Shown here: positions 1 through 13,132 of the stretch, one piece after another
How the letters are laid out: each line of letters opens with the position of its first letter
Numbering within the stretch: position 1 is the first letter of the stretch
Origin: Lingula anatina
Lineage: Eukaryota; Animalia; Brachiopoda
Direction of reading: 5' to 3'
Length of the DNA stretch: 64,000 nt
Assembly (NCBI GenBank): GCA_051362555.1
Contig: CM120647.1
Span: 1,054,001 to 1,118,000, forward strand
The notes under the pieces: model-generated
Told to the model about the DNA's origin: nothing
The model's database searches: none
The model's input: only the letters and a program-made list of their open reading frames with translations
Position numbers and translations under genes: made by a program

Positions 1-1475
1 CCTCCCATTGACTGGAGGGCAACTGTTCCGTAGTGACGTCAATTGTGACGTAATATAACTCTCCCACCAACATGGAAGTACATGTCAAGCAAGAGAGAGC
101 AACTAAAACAAGAGTCGTATGTCACATGTTCTAGTCATTTAGTAGCGTTGACGGTGGGCAGACTTTTTTCACACTAGTATAGAGAACATTGCGATAAAAG
201 TGTGATCTCCAAAAGGGTACATGTAGGTCTGGTCCGTCATTAACTTGTAAGATACTCATTTTCTAAAAAAATGTGTAACGAAATCACCCCTGGTAGAATT
301 GGAATACATAAGGCAAAAAAAAACGCACATGAGCATGACAATGTTGACAGTGTAAACTTTCGTCACTATGTGAATTATGGTACTGTTTCATATTTGTTGA
401 GGACAGAGAGAGAATTTTTTCATCCATGCCCCCCCCCCCCCCATCTGCTAACATTTAGCAACACTCAAAACAGGTCTTTGGTGTTCGCCGCACCTGCGTG
501 TCAAATTAAGATTTTCTCAGGACAAACTGATTTTCTGTGCAACAGGATTCCGGGATTTATTGACAAACTTCGTCAACAGTAAAAGACGGGCAATTACTCG
601 GAATACTGACATTTTCTGAACAAATTCTCTCTGTCCCATGAGGCGCGTGGCATCGTAAGGCAATGTAATTACACGTGCATTATCTCTGCTAAACACACAT
701 TTCTGTATGACGCAAACAAGATAAGAGCATAGGTCAATTCTGCAATCTACCAGTCATCTGTAGACAGGTTTTCTGCCTCTCAAACAGCCAGAATTCTGAA
801 CTTTTTTACTGTTAACAGAGAAACTGTAAATTGTGAACAAAATGACAATTTTATCATAGAACACTGTTTTCATCTTCGACATGACACATATGACACATGG
901 TGATGGGGACTGTAGTCGCAATAAGTTGACTGCAAGTGGCCACCTTAAATTAAAAAATGTGCAGTGTTCTTGAAAACCTAGTCGCTGAGAAGATACATAA
1001 ACGCTTTTTATTGTTATATAATTGTATAGAAACTGCATTCATGGCATAGCCAGGCAAGTTTTGATATGGACTAAGACATTATTTTGTAAATTTATCCAAT
1101 TGCAAAAGTTTGTATGTGCACTAGGGCGGCTTGGTACAGTGTACATTTGGACTAACCAGTGGATACAATAATGCAGTTGGCCAATAGGCAGTTATTTTAT
1201 GGCTGAAATCTCTACATGACTGGCACCTGTGATGATTTTGCTTTCCTCCGAATTGACTGTGCTCACATACAAAGGGCGCATACTGTTGAATATAATTTTA
1301 ATACATAAAAAGGAATGATCACATGGGCACAACTGTCTGAATGACTGCCATTGCTCCTGCATGTATCAAGTATAGGAATATGTAGAATAAGTTTTTATTT
1401 CAGTGTCAGTTGCGGTTTTTTATTTCAACATTAAAATTTTACAAAAATGTTATTCCGCACTCCTCGCGGTAGAGA

Positions 1476-2678
1476 CTATAAAATAGTGTTATCTGCCGAG
1501 TCCGTTCTTTGGTTGGACTCGTTTCTTAGAATCGAAGATCGCATACTTCTTAAACTGGAGGAGCGACGCTGTAGTCGCCTGTACGTAAACAACGCTCTTA
1601 GTTCTTTTCTGAAGCATGCCCCGGAGATGCTGTACAGGAAAAAATTGACACAGTAGTTGAAAAAGTAGATTGTCCGCGTGACGTGCAGAGCGCCCCGCGA
1701 GTACCGGAAGTCAACGTCGGTCTCGCGGCTGGGGAAGGTTCTGTACATGTGCAGACACCAGGTGACGAAATACGGCATGTTTAACATGACGAAACAGGTG
1801 GAGAGACCGAGAAGAATGATGGTCATTTCCATCCTGATTTTATTCTCTTGAACCTGCACCATGCCGAATACTCCGCGCCTGCGGTTCCGGCTGCGCGCGA
1901 CCAACTTCCGGACCATGAGAACGTTCAACACGCTAATTATTACGAATGGCACGAGGGTGATGCTCATACCGAAAATCATGTCTATGACGTAGGAGAGGGT
2001 CTTGAATTCACTGTTGTGGGTGCAGACTTTCTCTTTCGTTATCTTGTTAACTTCGTACACTCCGCTCAAGACAGGCTTGTACAGAGACAGGATGAACGCA
2101 GCGATGACGTATATCGTGATGGTCTTGCGGGCGTAGCTGCGCGTGCACATGCGTAATCTAAGCAGCGGCCTGCACACGCCTATGTAACGCTCAATTGTGA
2201 ACGCTACGATCAGCCATACTGACGTGAACCGCATCACGTAGCTGAAGTAAAGAAACATGTGGCACACGCCATTTCGGGACAGGATGTGACCGGCTGCGTA
2301 ACTTCCGGTGAGAAATGCCAGTCCACGGGTCAGCCAATCAAGAAGCACGTAGATGAGAAGTACCAGGATGTCCGAGAGAGAGAGGGCAGCAAGGTAGCAG
2401 CTAGCTGAGAGACTCCGCATACTTTTGCTGACAAAGACATTGAAAGAAAGAATATTTCCGCATAATCCTATGCCTATGATGATAGGAGTGACGACAGCAT
2501 AGAACTTCTGGCCCACTGTGAGTATGAGGGGGTCTGAGGTACCCGGGGGAAATAAAATGATACTTTCATTTCCCTTCAGTGTCTGGTTGATGCCAGTAAA
2601 GTTTCTCAGAGATGTGTTGGACAAAGGATGGAATTCTTCTTTCCCGAGGCTCTCGAAAAACTGGTCGATGCTCCCCAT
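1476..2678 (-). CDS. Class A (rhodopsin-like) GPCR, peptide-receptor type (FMRFamide/MIP/GPR139-142-like group), 400 aa, single coding exon
   Basis: Seven hydrophobic segments. GN in TM1 (GLCGNILS), LAxxxxxD in TM2 (LAALSLSD), ERY after TM3 (FTIERYIGVC), Cys at the top of TM3 and in ECL2, Pro in TM5 (LVPF) and TM6 (LNMPY), NFFLY in TM7. N-terminal N-glycosylation sequons (NTS, NFT, NQT, NES) and a Ser/Arg-rich C-tail. Ligand family not resolvable by eye. Confidence 0.95.
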   Translation of the reverse strand: MGSIDQFFESLGKEEFHPLSNTSLRNFTGINQTLKGNESIILFPPGTSDPLILTVGQKFYAVVTPIIIGIGLCGNILSFNVFVSKSMRSLSASCYLAALSLSDILVLLIYVLLDWLTRGLAFLTGSYAAGHILSRNGVCHMFLYFSYVMRFTSVWLIVAFTIERYIGVCRPLLRLRMCTRSYARKTITIYVIAAFILSLYKPVLSGVYEVNKITKEKVCTHNSEFKTLSYVIDMIFGMSITLVPFVIISVLNVLMVRKLVARSRNRRRGVFGMVQVQENKIRMEMTIILLGLSTCFVMLNMPYFVTWCLHMYRTFPSRETDVDFRYSRGALHVTRTIYFFNYCVNFFLYSISGACFRKELRALFTYRRLQRRSSSLRSMRSSILRNESNQRTDSADNTIL

Positions 2679-2766
2679 TTGGGTTGTGTAATGCGTGAGT
2701 GAGATTAGATGTTTAAAGTACGGTGCGCATCACTTCCTTAGCCACGGCGTCCCTTTGTGACCAAAT

Positions 2767-2790
2767 TCTAGAAATAAAAAAGTGAAAATT
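2767..2790 (-). other. Splice acceptor for the GPCR coding exon (5'UTR intron)
   Basis: Minus strand ttcacttttttatttctag|aatttgg, about 90 nt upstream of the ATG. Confidence 0.6.
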
Positions 2791-2889
2791 AAGCTTAAAG
2801 AAATTCTGTCCTTGTAGCATAGTGTTACAGAATAAATTTATTTTCAATTCGTGACACAATCACACCAATGATATGCATGTCTGTACAGT

Positions 2890-3185
2890 TAGGGGACCAT
2901 TCACAGTGAACCATTCTCACTGAATGCAATCAGATGAACGGACATAGACCCCATTGCCACACACACCATCGGTCTACGTAACTCTGCGGGGACTCTCGCT
3001 GTGTGCAATCAGCGTCACTGAATGACACGCCTCCTCTTGTTTCTACTTAACCATCAGTAAGTAGGAATTGTACTTAACGCCAGGAGGCGTGTTAATCTTA
3101 TTGCATTCAGCGATAGTCCCCGTGAAGTAAGTGTGCAATGGCTATGGCGACCTCGCACATTCGAAATCGGTATCAGATAACATTG
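2890..3185. mobile_element. Degenerate Harbinger/Tourist-like MITE (family B)
   Basis: Internal inverted segments (gactctcgct...acacgcctcct / aggaggcgtgt...agcgatagtc) shared with the copies at 20666-20971 and 21190-21381. Boundaries approximate. Confidence 0.5.
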
Positions 3186-3342
3186 GCCGTTTTCTTAGTC
3201 TCTCTAAAACGAATGTCTGCCTAAATCCCTACCTCTTTCGAAAAAAATTTCTGCATCATTTACCCAATTGCGTTAATGAATAACTAACGCTGTAGTCTAT
3301 TTCAATGCACTGGAGAGTTCGTTTAGGTAATTAATAGAATAA

Positions 3343-3353
3343 TGTGTGTGTGT

Positions 3354-3387
<34 letters not shown>

Positions 3388-3443
3388 ATGTGTGTGTGTG
3401 TGTGTGTGTGTGCACGTGTATTTGTGCGTGTGTGTGTGTGTGT
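3343..3443. repeat. (TG)n microsatellite
   Basis: Interrupted TG run of about 100 bp. Confidence 0.95.
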
Positions 3444-5526
3444 TATCTACCGCCGTATGTTCATTTTCGCCAGCGGAATCAGGTGCATCGGACTGCATAA
3501 AGTATAATAATACCCGTTCTCCACACTCCAAGGAAGATCATATAGCAGTTCATGCTGAACCGAGTAAAAGGTTAATATCTACTTAATGGATCTCACATAT
3601 CAATTTTCATCAAGTTATCTTTATGTGCCTGAAAGAACGACAAGGAAACCTAACCGGGATCAGTTCAAGACATCGGTTATGCGGTAATGTCAAATGTCAT
3701 TACACCACAGATAAAACGATGATATATGTACAGACGGTGAATAAAGCGAAGAAGAAAGCCACAGTTTATTTTGGACGGTTGGGGTCATACTGTTGCCCAG
3801 TAACCAGACACCGTCGCCAAGCAACCAGACCTGTCCTTGACGTATGTTTCGAAAAAATGCCAAGTGATATTAAAGATTTACAGATGCATTTGACAAGTTT
3901 TTCCCACAAAAGACAACCAAATGCCACCATATACTGCAGGTTCTAATGGTACGATATAGATAAACACTAAAGGGCATCGTTTCGCTTTGTAGGCAAAATG
4001 GTATTTGAACTGATATTTTCTGCTTACTTTCTGTGCTATACTGTACATAACCTTAGTTGTTGTTGTTGGCAACTCATTGAATAAGTATGGATCTTGCGCG
4101 CATGCGCAGCCACGCCTAGATACCGGCGTGATGATTATGCGATGCGCGCGCAGCACTGGTCGTTTAACTGACCTTTATGAACTAGAGGGGCAGATAAGTG
4201 TGTAAATTAACGACCAGAAATTTGAAGAAGGTGTAGTTTTAAAGCTCTTTTATGGCTGATTCAGTGATCCATTCGGTTTATCCTTTGACGTGTCGACTTT
4301 ATTTAAGTCTAGTAGAAGTGGTTCATGCGCGTTACTAGGAAGCCACGCTTGCGTTATGTGTACACTGCAGGTGATGACGGCGCCCCCTGTGCAACGCTAC
4401 ATTAATGATTAGATAAATACTTTTCTTTAAGGACAGCACTATCAAAATGGTGCCCAGATTTCAGTTCATTCTAATTGACAACTGTCTCCTGCCTCCTGTA
4501 AATATTTTTTGGCTTTAGCCAGGTGTTATACGGTTTTAAAATTAACATGTATGTAATGGAAAGCTTCAATGGCTGTACACGCTCAAGTTGCTGGTTGATA
4601 TTAATTATATGCACTCATACTACGACAAATTACCATCTCAATTTAAAAGTGATATTTGTTTAAAAAAGATTCCGTTCCGAGTACCCAAGGCGATAACGTG
4701 ATCCGACGGTTCCAGGATTCGAATTCTTAATATTTACTTACAGGTGGCGAAAAAAGCTCAAAGGAATAGCCAGTTCCACAGTTACTGATATATTCTTAAT
4801 TTTTTGAAATGTGAAACAAAACACTCCTGTCTGTCGTTAATTAAAATCACGTACATTGTTACATGTAGCAGATATTGTATATTACATACGTATGGACCGA
4901 CCACTGTCTTATCAAATCAATTGACGTGGCTGCCAGAGCCATTGGAGTCAGTAAATGAAATCAAACTTATGTAACTTTAAATCTAAATCACAAAGACTAT
5001 AAAGAGCATTATAAACTTCAACGAAAACAGCAAATAAAGCAAAGCTTACCGTCGTGCGTCAATACATCGAAATGTGACACTCTTTCCATCACATTGTTTG
5101 ACATTTGCTTAATAATAAAATATTAACCTCCCCAAACCAGTGCCATTAGACATGAAAAGTAATAAACGGCATCCTCAATTTTGATAGTTACCATGGTGAT
5201 AGGGATGTCTAATAGTTAAAAAAAAAACGAGAAAGAAATCGCCATTCAACCTGAGACGACAGAAATGGAGCACCCTCGCGCACCTACCTTGTTCTATATG
5301 ACTCAAACAATGGAACAAGTGCCCTTCCAACAACAAGATTTCCTCGACTGTCAGAGCTTCCCTGCAGTCTTTTCTGCGCTTTGGTTTGATTTCATTAGTG
5401 AACGTAGAAACAAACCAAAGAACTCGTCGTTTATGGCGGCAACAAATGGCCCGAGGACCGTTTTATTTGTTTATGTGAGCCAATGATATCGGGCTAACCG
5501 GTTCATCTGCATGAGATGAAGTTTGA

Positions 5527-5540
5527 AATCTCGCGAGATT
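5527..5540. promoter_or_regulatory. Palindromic TCTCGCGAGA promoter motif (BANP/CGCG element)
   Basis: 14-bp perfect palindrome aatctcgcgagatt. A minus-strand donor (cgacg|gtaagc) lies about 480 nt downstream at 5049/5050, fitting a first exon of the GPCR. Confidence 0.45.
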
Positions 5541-5997
5541 ATAGCGTGAGCGTCATTGATGAACTTTCTCCGGTCATTGCCCCCATGCCTCATGATCTGT
5601 TCCCTTCTGATTGTTTTTTTTTTTTCTTTTTTTTTTCCTGTTAGAACTACACGACTTTGATTGCTCGTCTGCTGCTGCTTTCAAGCTGTCCAGCACCATG
5701 CCACAAGCATTATTGTCAAATCTTCAACTTTTATTTATTTATTTACTTATTTAATTTAATTTTGTGGAGAGCATATAATGCTTCCAGCGCCTTGCCTCCA
5801 CTTCATTCTTTTGAATAAACGTTGTTTAAAAAAAAATAAGTGAAGCGTTTACCTGATGTCGTGAGGCATTAGACGCAGTTGATATACCGTAAGAAAGATG
5901 AACACAGTGTATCTCGTAAATTAACTTAACACCGAGAATGTAGTTGTTTTAGAGACTGGGGTTGATGTTAATCGCTTGTGTTTGTAAAGGTCAGATC

Positions 5998-6258
5998 TGC
6001 TGGCCTCTGAAGACGACAGTATTTATAAACTAGCCCTGGAGCGCTTTACCTATATGCTGGCCTCTGAAAACGACAGTATCTATATATAAACTAGCCCTGG
6101 AGCGCTTTACCTATATGCTGGCCTCTGAAAACGACAGTATCTATATATAAACTAGCCCTGGAGCGCTTTACCTATATGCTGGCCTCTGAAAACGACAGTA
6201 TCTATATATAAACTAGCTCTGGAGCGCTTTATCTATATGCTGGCCTCTGAAAACGACA

Positions 6259-6347
<89 letters not shown>

Positions 6348-6503
6348 CTAGCCTGGAGCGCTAAATGCTGGCCTGTGAAAACGACAGTATCTATAAACTA
6401 TCCTTGGAGGGCTAAATGCTGGCCTCTGAAAACGACAGTATATATATATAAACTAGCCCTGGAGCGCTAAATGCTGGCCTTTGAAAAAGACAGTATCTAT
6501 ATT
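5998..6503. repeat. Minisatellite of about 57-61 bp with an internal (TA)n expansion; the array resumes at 8165-8257
   Basis: Unit tggcctctgaaaacgacagtatctatatataaactagccctggagcgctttacctatatgc repeated about 7 times, then again after the Tc1 insertion. Confidence 0.92.
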
Positions 6504-8164
6504 CAGACTTGACATTTAATATGGAATATTTTTTTCCAAATCATTTTTCATCAGTTTTTTCCTATTTTGCTGACTGATAAATGAAAATAAGGCTTAAAAT
6601 TGGGTTTTAATAACTTTTAATTATCCTTTTGATGTCACTGTGTCTTCAGTTAATTAATGGAATTCGCCAGAGAAGCAAACAAAAACACATTGCCTATTTT
6701 ATGTCATACGACAACAATTAAAAGATATATTTTGGATCTCCATATTTCCAAATTTTTTTCTGTAAAAGAGTTACACGCCTCACAAAGAACCCCCATGTCA
6801 GTGTCTAGTCACAGTAACGGTCGCTGTTACGCTTGACCTCTTCTGTCTGCTACCAGCGCTCTCAAGGGGCAAGGCATTCCTTGGGTTAGGTTTTTAGAGT
6901 TAAATCTGGAATAACATTCCAGGCATCGGTCAAAATCTGTCCAATTTGGTCCAGTTTTGTTGTAGGACATGTAGGCCATTGATTCGGCGAGTAATGGCCT
7001 ACCCACATATTGTCTATGTGGTTCAAATGTGGCGATTTTGATTACCAAGGTAGCTGCTCATTCCCTTGGTTCTGTAAGTAATCTGCTTTTAAAAGTGCTC
7101 TGTGTGTACCGGCAATTTCACCGTGCAACCTAAAATTGTTCCTAAGGTGCCCCTGTCAAATGATTGTCAAGTGGTTCCCAGATTATTCCTTTATTTGATC
7201 TGGTTCAGGTTTTCGTGGATGACCATCATTGGTGTTTTGGCACCAATGTGGTATCCGCTCCAATTACCGACGCTGTTAATGAACTTAGTCACTTTAAACG
7301 CGGCACACGCTTAGTTGTTGCCCTCTTCTGGATGTCTGTAAATTCTGTTTTGACAAGTTGAGCGTTATAGGTGAAAACTGACCTCAATAAAGAAAGCCAC
7401 GAGTTTTCAGTGTTCAACTCAGAAACAGTCAAGGTCCCCAATTCATTAGAGAAACATACAGCGATGTTTTGCTGTTTACAGTGGGTTCCCCCGAGGTCGT
7501 CTGGTATTCTAACCAGCTAAAACCAGTTTGGTATTCGCTAAGGGCCTTGAAAAATGCGTTTTGGTGGTGGCAATTTACCCCTCATTCTGAACGGACTGGG
7601 TGGTTTTTGTTTAGTTGCAACAACATATCCCGACAGACAGTACGTCCTGTACCCTGGTGGTAAGATTTCAATACATTGGGTGTGGTCTCTGTGTAGGTGC
7701 ATCAGTCTGGACATTACTCTATAAAACTGTGCGGACCGTTTCGTTTGGCGCAATTATCTGTCTGGCAATGCCTGGCTTTTTCGAGCCATTCTGCCACAGA
7801 TTAACATATTTGCGGAGCAGTGCATAGCTCATTTTACACCTTGCAAAACTGACCACTTGCATGCCAAATTTCAAATTCTTCTATGCAGTAGTTACCGACA
7901 TATGGATACTTTTTTGGAAGAACCATGCTTTGCCAAAGCCAAGCTTTGACCTGCCCAAAGGAGCACTAGCCAATTAAATCACTGCATATTACATAATGCA
8001 GCAGCGCAACAAACCTGGAATTCAGTGAATTGGAAGCGACACACCTGACTACACACTTCTCCATTCACATATCTTATATGAGATCTGAGTTTTTTGAAAA
8101 AAGGATGCATTTTTACCTAGGCATACTTCGAAACTGAAATATTCCATATTAAATGTCAAGTCTG
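6504..8164 (-). mobile_element. Tc1-family DNA transposon, full length, decayed transposase
   Basis: 28-bp perfect TIRs (cagacttgacatttaatatggaatattt at 6504; reverse complement at 8137-8164), TA on the right flank. Minus-strand remnants PW*SKSPHLNHIDNMW (WPSxSPDLNPIENLW motif, about 7003-7050) and a C-terminus like GMPCPLRALVADRRGQA. Confidence 0.88.
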
Positions 8165-8883
8165 TATATACTAGCCCTGGAGCGCTTTACCTATATGCTG
8201 GCCTCTGAAGACGACAGTATCTATAAATTGGCCCTGGAGCGTTTTACATATATGCTTGTCAATTTAAGTACTCTGATTTGTGACCAGAAAGTGAATTCCA
8301 TGGGGCGTACGTCCTGCGCCCCCCCCCCCCCCCCCCCGCCCCCCAGTTTCCAAAAGGCGTAGTTTCATTGCTTATTGCGCTGATAAAACATCAGAATTTG
8401 AATGCAATGTCAACATGAACGGCAAACTGCAGTGTTGTATTGGTTACCAGGTATATGTTGAAGACCTCTTTTTACAAGGTCAATGAAAAATAAAATTAAA
8501 AAAAAAAACCCTGGTTGACAAGTCATTGATTTTTGTTATCAAATGTTCTTTGCCAGCAGAATTCCTTCTGCACAGTCAGTCCAACATTATACTGACACAA
8601 TACAATATAGAAAACAATATATAGGTATTACCACTAAAAATTAACAAAGATCCACAGGAAATGACATTTGTTATTTGCTCGCAAACAAACCCACACAACT
8701 GGGAACAAATGACAGCGGTTCACACGCGGTTTTCTACATTCATCAGCTTTCAGAGCTTCATAAGATAAAAAAAAAACGCTCCAAGAAAGATTCTTCCCTG
8801 GCATAATCAGAGTATTTATGGAAACGCAAGAGAAGAAAAAAACAGGTGGTTGTCCCATGACTCTGTCACCACGCAACCGCCAA

Positions 8884-9088
8884 GGGGCCATTCAGAATAA
8901 AAGATCCTAGTATCAACTGATCCAAGTCCCAAATATGGCGGAGCCTACATGAAAGGAAGACCGCTTGGGGAGGCGTGTGAGAGGCGGAGAAACCATTACA
9001 GGATTAAGCGGTTTTCCTTTCATGTAGGGTCCGCCATATTTGAGACTTGGACCAGTTAGTCGTCGGATCTTTTATTCTGAATGGCCCC
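8884..9088. mobile_element. Harbinger/Tourist-like fold-back MITE, 205 bp
   Basis: Termini ggggccattcagaataaaagatcc / ggatcttttattctgaatggcccc, long internal complementarity, 3-bp TSD CAA on both sides. Confidence 0.85.
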
Positions 9089-10134
9089 CAAGACATAAGG
9101 GTACAGGCTGGGCCATCTGGCTGTCACCTGTCTCCAAATAACTGTCGTGGTTGTAATAGGCGTAGTCACGGATTCCTTTAATAGCAAATTAGCGGCGTGA
9201 TGCGGCCGTAAAATGCGTATAAATTTAGTTGTGCAATGCAGCTCTTCTTATATATTTTTGTTACCGAACTCAAAAGGTTAAAAGGAATTCGATAGGCTAC
9301 TACATTAGCTTACTCAGTCCATGTTTCAATTAATGTATTTCATATTTACAACTTCTGAACAATAAACGAGTGCATGGATTGCATGTTTAGCGGGATCCGT
9401 TCCCAGTAGTCAGTTCACATAGACGACTTACACCTGAGCCATGCATTCTAGGAGCTACGAGGCACAGAGCGACTTGAAATTCCCGGCACATCGATGCACG
9501 GCGTGGATATGTACACGTCTTGTGTACAGCGAACCTCAGCGGGTTTTTCCTATGCACATACAAATTTTTTTAACGAGATATGTGCACTTCATTCAGGAAA
9601 ATGGATAAATTCTCGCGTAATTCAGTAGACATTGACTTTGTATTAACCAACGCGTCAGGGCTGCAAAATGGAGTTACTTTAATTCACTTCTCACTAACCA
9701 AGGGGCGGAGGGAGGCCGCCTTCTGGATCTTCTAGAAGAGGGTCAGAATTTTACAAGTTTACATTGACGGACATCTAATTTTCCTGTCGAAAGACGGTAA
9801 AAAAATTCAAGATTTTGAAGACGATCTGCTTACTTTGTCTGTGACGGTCTTCCGTGACTTTGTAACTTCGTTGTCATGACACTGTGGTCGCCTCGAGTGT
9901 TTTATATCATATCAAAAGCTGACGGTCTTTCAAATTAGCTATCATCAGTTGACAAGCTTATTAATTGCTTCTGCAAATAAAATGCCTGGTAGTTGACCAG
10001 AGGGTACGCAAGAGATCGTAAATAATTAAACTAATTAATTACGCGCCTCCGCACTTCCCAGCAAAGTAATATTAAAAAGTGACATCAAACTCCTCATTAT
10101 TATGGTGAATTAAAGGAGATGTGTGAATGAGTCC

Positions 10135-10193
<59 letters not shown>

Positions 10194-11412
10194 CCTTCTC
10201 GCTGAATGTCGGACATGCACATGGGTAAGCCATCGCCCTATTGGCTGATGCCTTATACAAACACTACTTTAAATCATATTATTATATCTAAATATTTTAA
10301 ACCGGTAGACCCACGACTTAAAATCCTTCATAAATCTTAGATGAAACCTAACAATGGACAGATCGGATCAGCACTGTGTAGGTATCGACCTACCGGTAAT
10401 GGAATTTTGTTGTGTCTACCTACTGGTCATTGTAGATATTACATGCATGTTGTTTTATCCATAAATAAATAAATAAACCTAAAAGTGAAGAATGCATTAG
10501 ACTGAAAAGCTTATACATGTACATACCGGTAAAATTTCCATTGTAATTTTGGTGTAGATATGCACAGCACGCAAAACCCAATATAGTCAAAACTGCCTTT
10601 TGAGGAAAACGCTGCTTTACAAGGTATGTCATAATGTACAATGAGAACATGTGATTGAAGTCGAGTGCATCTGGTATATTACAAAATGTAATTACACAGT
10701 AGTACATAATGTTAAAGGTTGAGAAATCATCACCCAGTGGCGTCACTTCACCTGTACTTAAACTCTGCAGACGTCCTCATTGCCTTTAAGGTCAGGTGTG
10801 TCGTTATTGTCAGGTGTCACAGAGTTTAATCGGCCCCTCCCGTGCGACACTGTTCTCCATCTAAACGCGGCGTCCTTATTCGGAACCAAAGCGCCACAAG
10901 CACAGACGACTTCCTTCAACTTAGCTTACGGCAAAGAGAATAAAAAAATGAAAGAAAATCGATTACCTTTGCAAATTTATCATTTCTTTGGAGACAGCTA
11001 GGTTTGCTAATTGGCGATCTAAGCTGGCGTTACAGTTGAGACATGTTGTTCCGTCTCAGCTGGACAGTAATGACGATGGTACATGATACAGGATGTATTT
11101 GCAAATTGACAAGTAGGTCTAGATCGTTACAAATATAAATCTTCATTGTTAAACCAACCTGCCAATTAATATTATTTTTTGTCGTAAAACCGTTTTTAAC
11201 GGAGGTTAACGTAAGTTGTTGCTGCGTACAAGTAAATCTTCAAAAACACCCGATTTTCCCAGCTGCACCTTGGCTAATGTTGGAATTGCGTGACAGGAAA
11301 GGTCGTCTCAGTGACAGTACATGTCTTGGCGGGGAAACTGAACTCTTTGGTCTGTGGTGCCGTATGTTTTCACGTGGTTTACTGACAGTTATTGTTGAAA
11401 ATAAAAGTAAAC

Positions 11413-11550
11413 GACAGACAGTCAGAATGTTGGAAAGACAGACAGACAGACAGACAAACAAGAAGACAGACAGACAGACAAACAAACAGACGGGCATACT
11501 GTTGGCATGATAGACTGGCGGACGGACGGACGGACAGACAGACAGACAGA
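11413..11550. repeat. (AGAC/GGAC)n tetranucleotide microsatellite
   Basis: Direct inspection; explains the RQTD/LSVC spurious ORFs. Confidence 0.9.
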
Positions 11551-12204
11551 CGATTGTCCAACGATTGTGCCGTGGCTGACTCAGAGTCAGTGAGAGTGGC
11601 GGACGGACTGGTGTGATAGGATTGGAAAGGAAACATTACCATAAAGAAAATTGATCACTGATTTGTTACGGTTAAATAATTTCTGAATTTCTGGACGAAG
11701 ATATTACCGTTGCTAGATCCTTACCGGTTTTTTTTTTGTTTATAAGTACGTTGTCAGGAAGACGAAAAAAGGCAAAAACCTGTCGTGGGGGGAGTCACTT
11801 AATCTTCAAAATTCTTTGGTTCGAGATGTCAAGCGGGATCACGGGGGTCACGAGGAAGCCAGATTTACGTCTGTTTAAAATGAAAGAGATATTAACTTCA
11901 TGTAATCTGTCCTCCCTGTACAAACCTCCTCTTTGTCCATTGTTGTCAGAAAATTTTCTTTCCCAGCTTTCACTAATTTGAAGAAAACATGCAATTTGGA
12001 GCCGCGACGTTAAACCAAAGTATTCTCTAAAGCCAGTAAAGTCCTGTATATCTTTCAATGCAGATGTAACCGATACGATATGTTGCAATTCTCCTTGAAC
12101 AATTTGCACAGATGTAAACGCTCACGTGGGTGATGTATGTGCAATTAATCCTCTCTCTCCTCTTTGTGTGTACGTGTATGCTGCTACTTTTGTATTTTGA
12201 GACA

Positions 12205-12466
12205 TAGGGACCATTTCCAGACCCTATCGTACTAACTTGGTATCGAACTATCTCCAAGGGAATTCTCGCTTAATTGCAATTAACTTAAGCAGTTTAGATG
12301 TCTGTCACGTCTACTGAAGTTGATGGGGGTAATTAACTATCGTTTAGCGGCTTTAGTAGACGTGCCAGACATCTAAGCCACTTAAGCTGAAAGCAATTTA
12401 GCGAGAAACCCCCTTGGAGATGGACCGATCCTGTTAGATCGATCAAGGGATGGGAATTCAGTCTTA
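12205..12466. mobile_element. Harbinger/Tourist-like fold-back MITE (family A)
   Basis: Self-complementary halves around gggggtaattaacta; tagatcgatc and gcaatttagcgag motifs shared with 18907, 20000, 20489 and 51321. Confidence 0.75.
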
Positions 12467-12775
12467 CTCTGCTAACTAATGTGTGCAACCCGCCGTATAG
12501 ATTACATAGCTGGTAATATATCTGTTACGATATCTTCAAGCCTTCTTTTGTCGAGAGACAGATGTGGTGTAATTTTGTTACTGAGCCGGAATCAAAAAGC
12601 AAGGAGGCTGATCGGTTATAGCGAGCATCGAATGGCTCACCAAATATCACTGAAATCCGAGCATCTAGTAGCTCCTGAGTCGTATTGCACGGGCACATTT
12701 GGGACGATGAAAGACAATTGTAGTTATGTAGCTCCTACTTCATGTCTTTATTTAAGGAAAAAAACAAAATGTTAA

Positions 12776-13132
12776 AGGGATAACAACTGTTCGTATGATA
12801 TCCATATTTCACAATAAATACATTGTAAACAACTAATAGAAATATAATAAATTCTATTTTATCACCAAAACGCAATTATTCTGGAATTTGTGCTTTCCAT
12901 CACAGCACGTGACCTCCATAGATGGCTACACTATGTAAAAATCTCTTAAGAGAATATAACAAAAAAAAAAAAAAAAAAAAACGAAGTAAAAAAAAAAAAA
13001 AAAAACAGGGACTAACTTTGAATGTCGGAATGGATTCTATAACCATTGGTAAGTATGGGAAAATTGTCCTTTATCCCAGGAATATCCTTTTTTTTTTTTT
13101 TTTTTTTGCCAAAATGAACAGTTGTTATCTGT
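12776..13132. mobile_element. TTAA-target MITE (Kolobok/T2-like), copy 1
   Basis: ttaa|agggataacaactgttc ... gaacagttgttatctgt; colinear with the copy at 17905-18238. Confidence 0.75.

Noticed and set aside
1447-2156. Plus-strand ORFs overlapping the GPCR
   Set aside because: Antisense shadows of the real CDS.
3331-3586. HTHT/CVCV, IYIY, RQTD and poly-L/N ORFs here and at about 10.1, 11.3, 28.2, 54.3 and 56.9 kb
   Set aside because: Translations of microsatellites.
5998-6503. Repeat array as CRISPR
   Set aside because: Head-to-tail minisatellite with no unique spacers.
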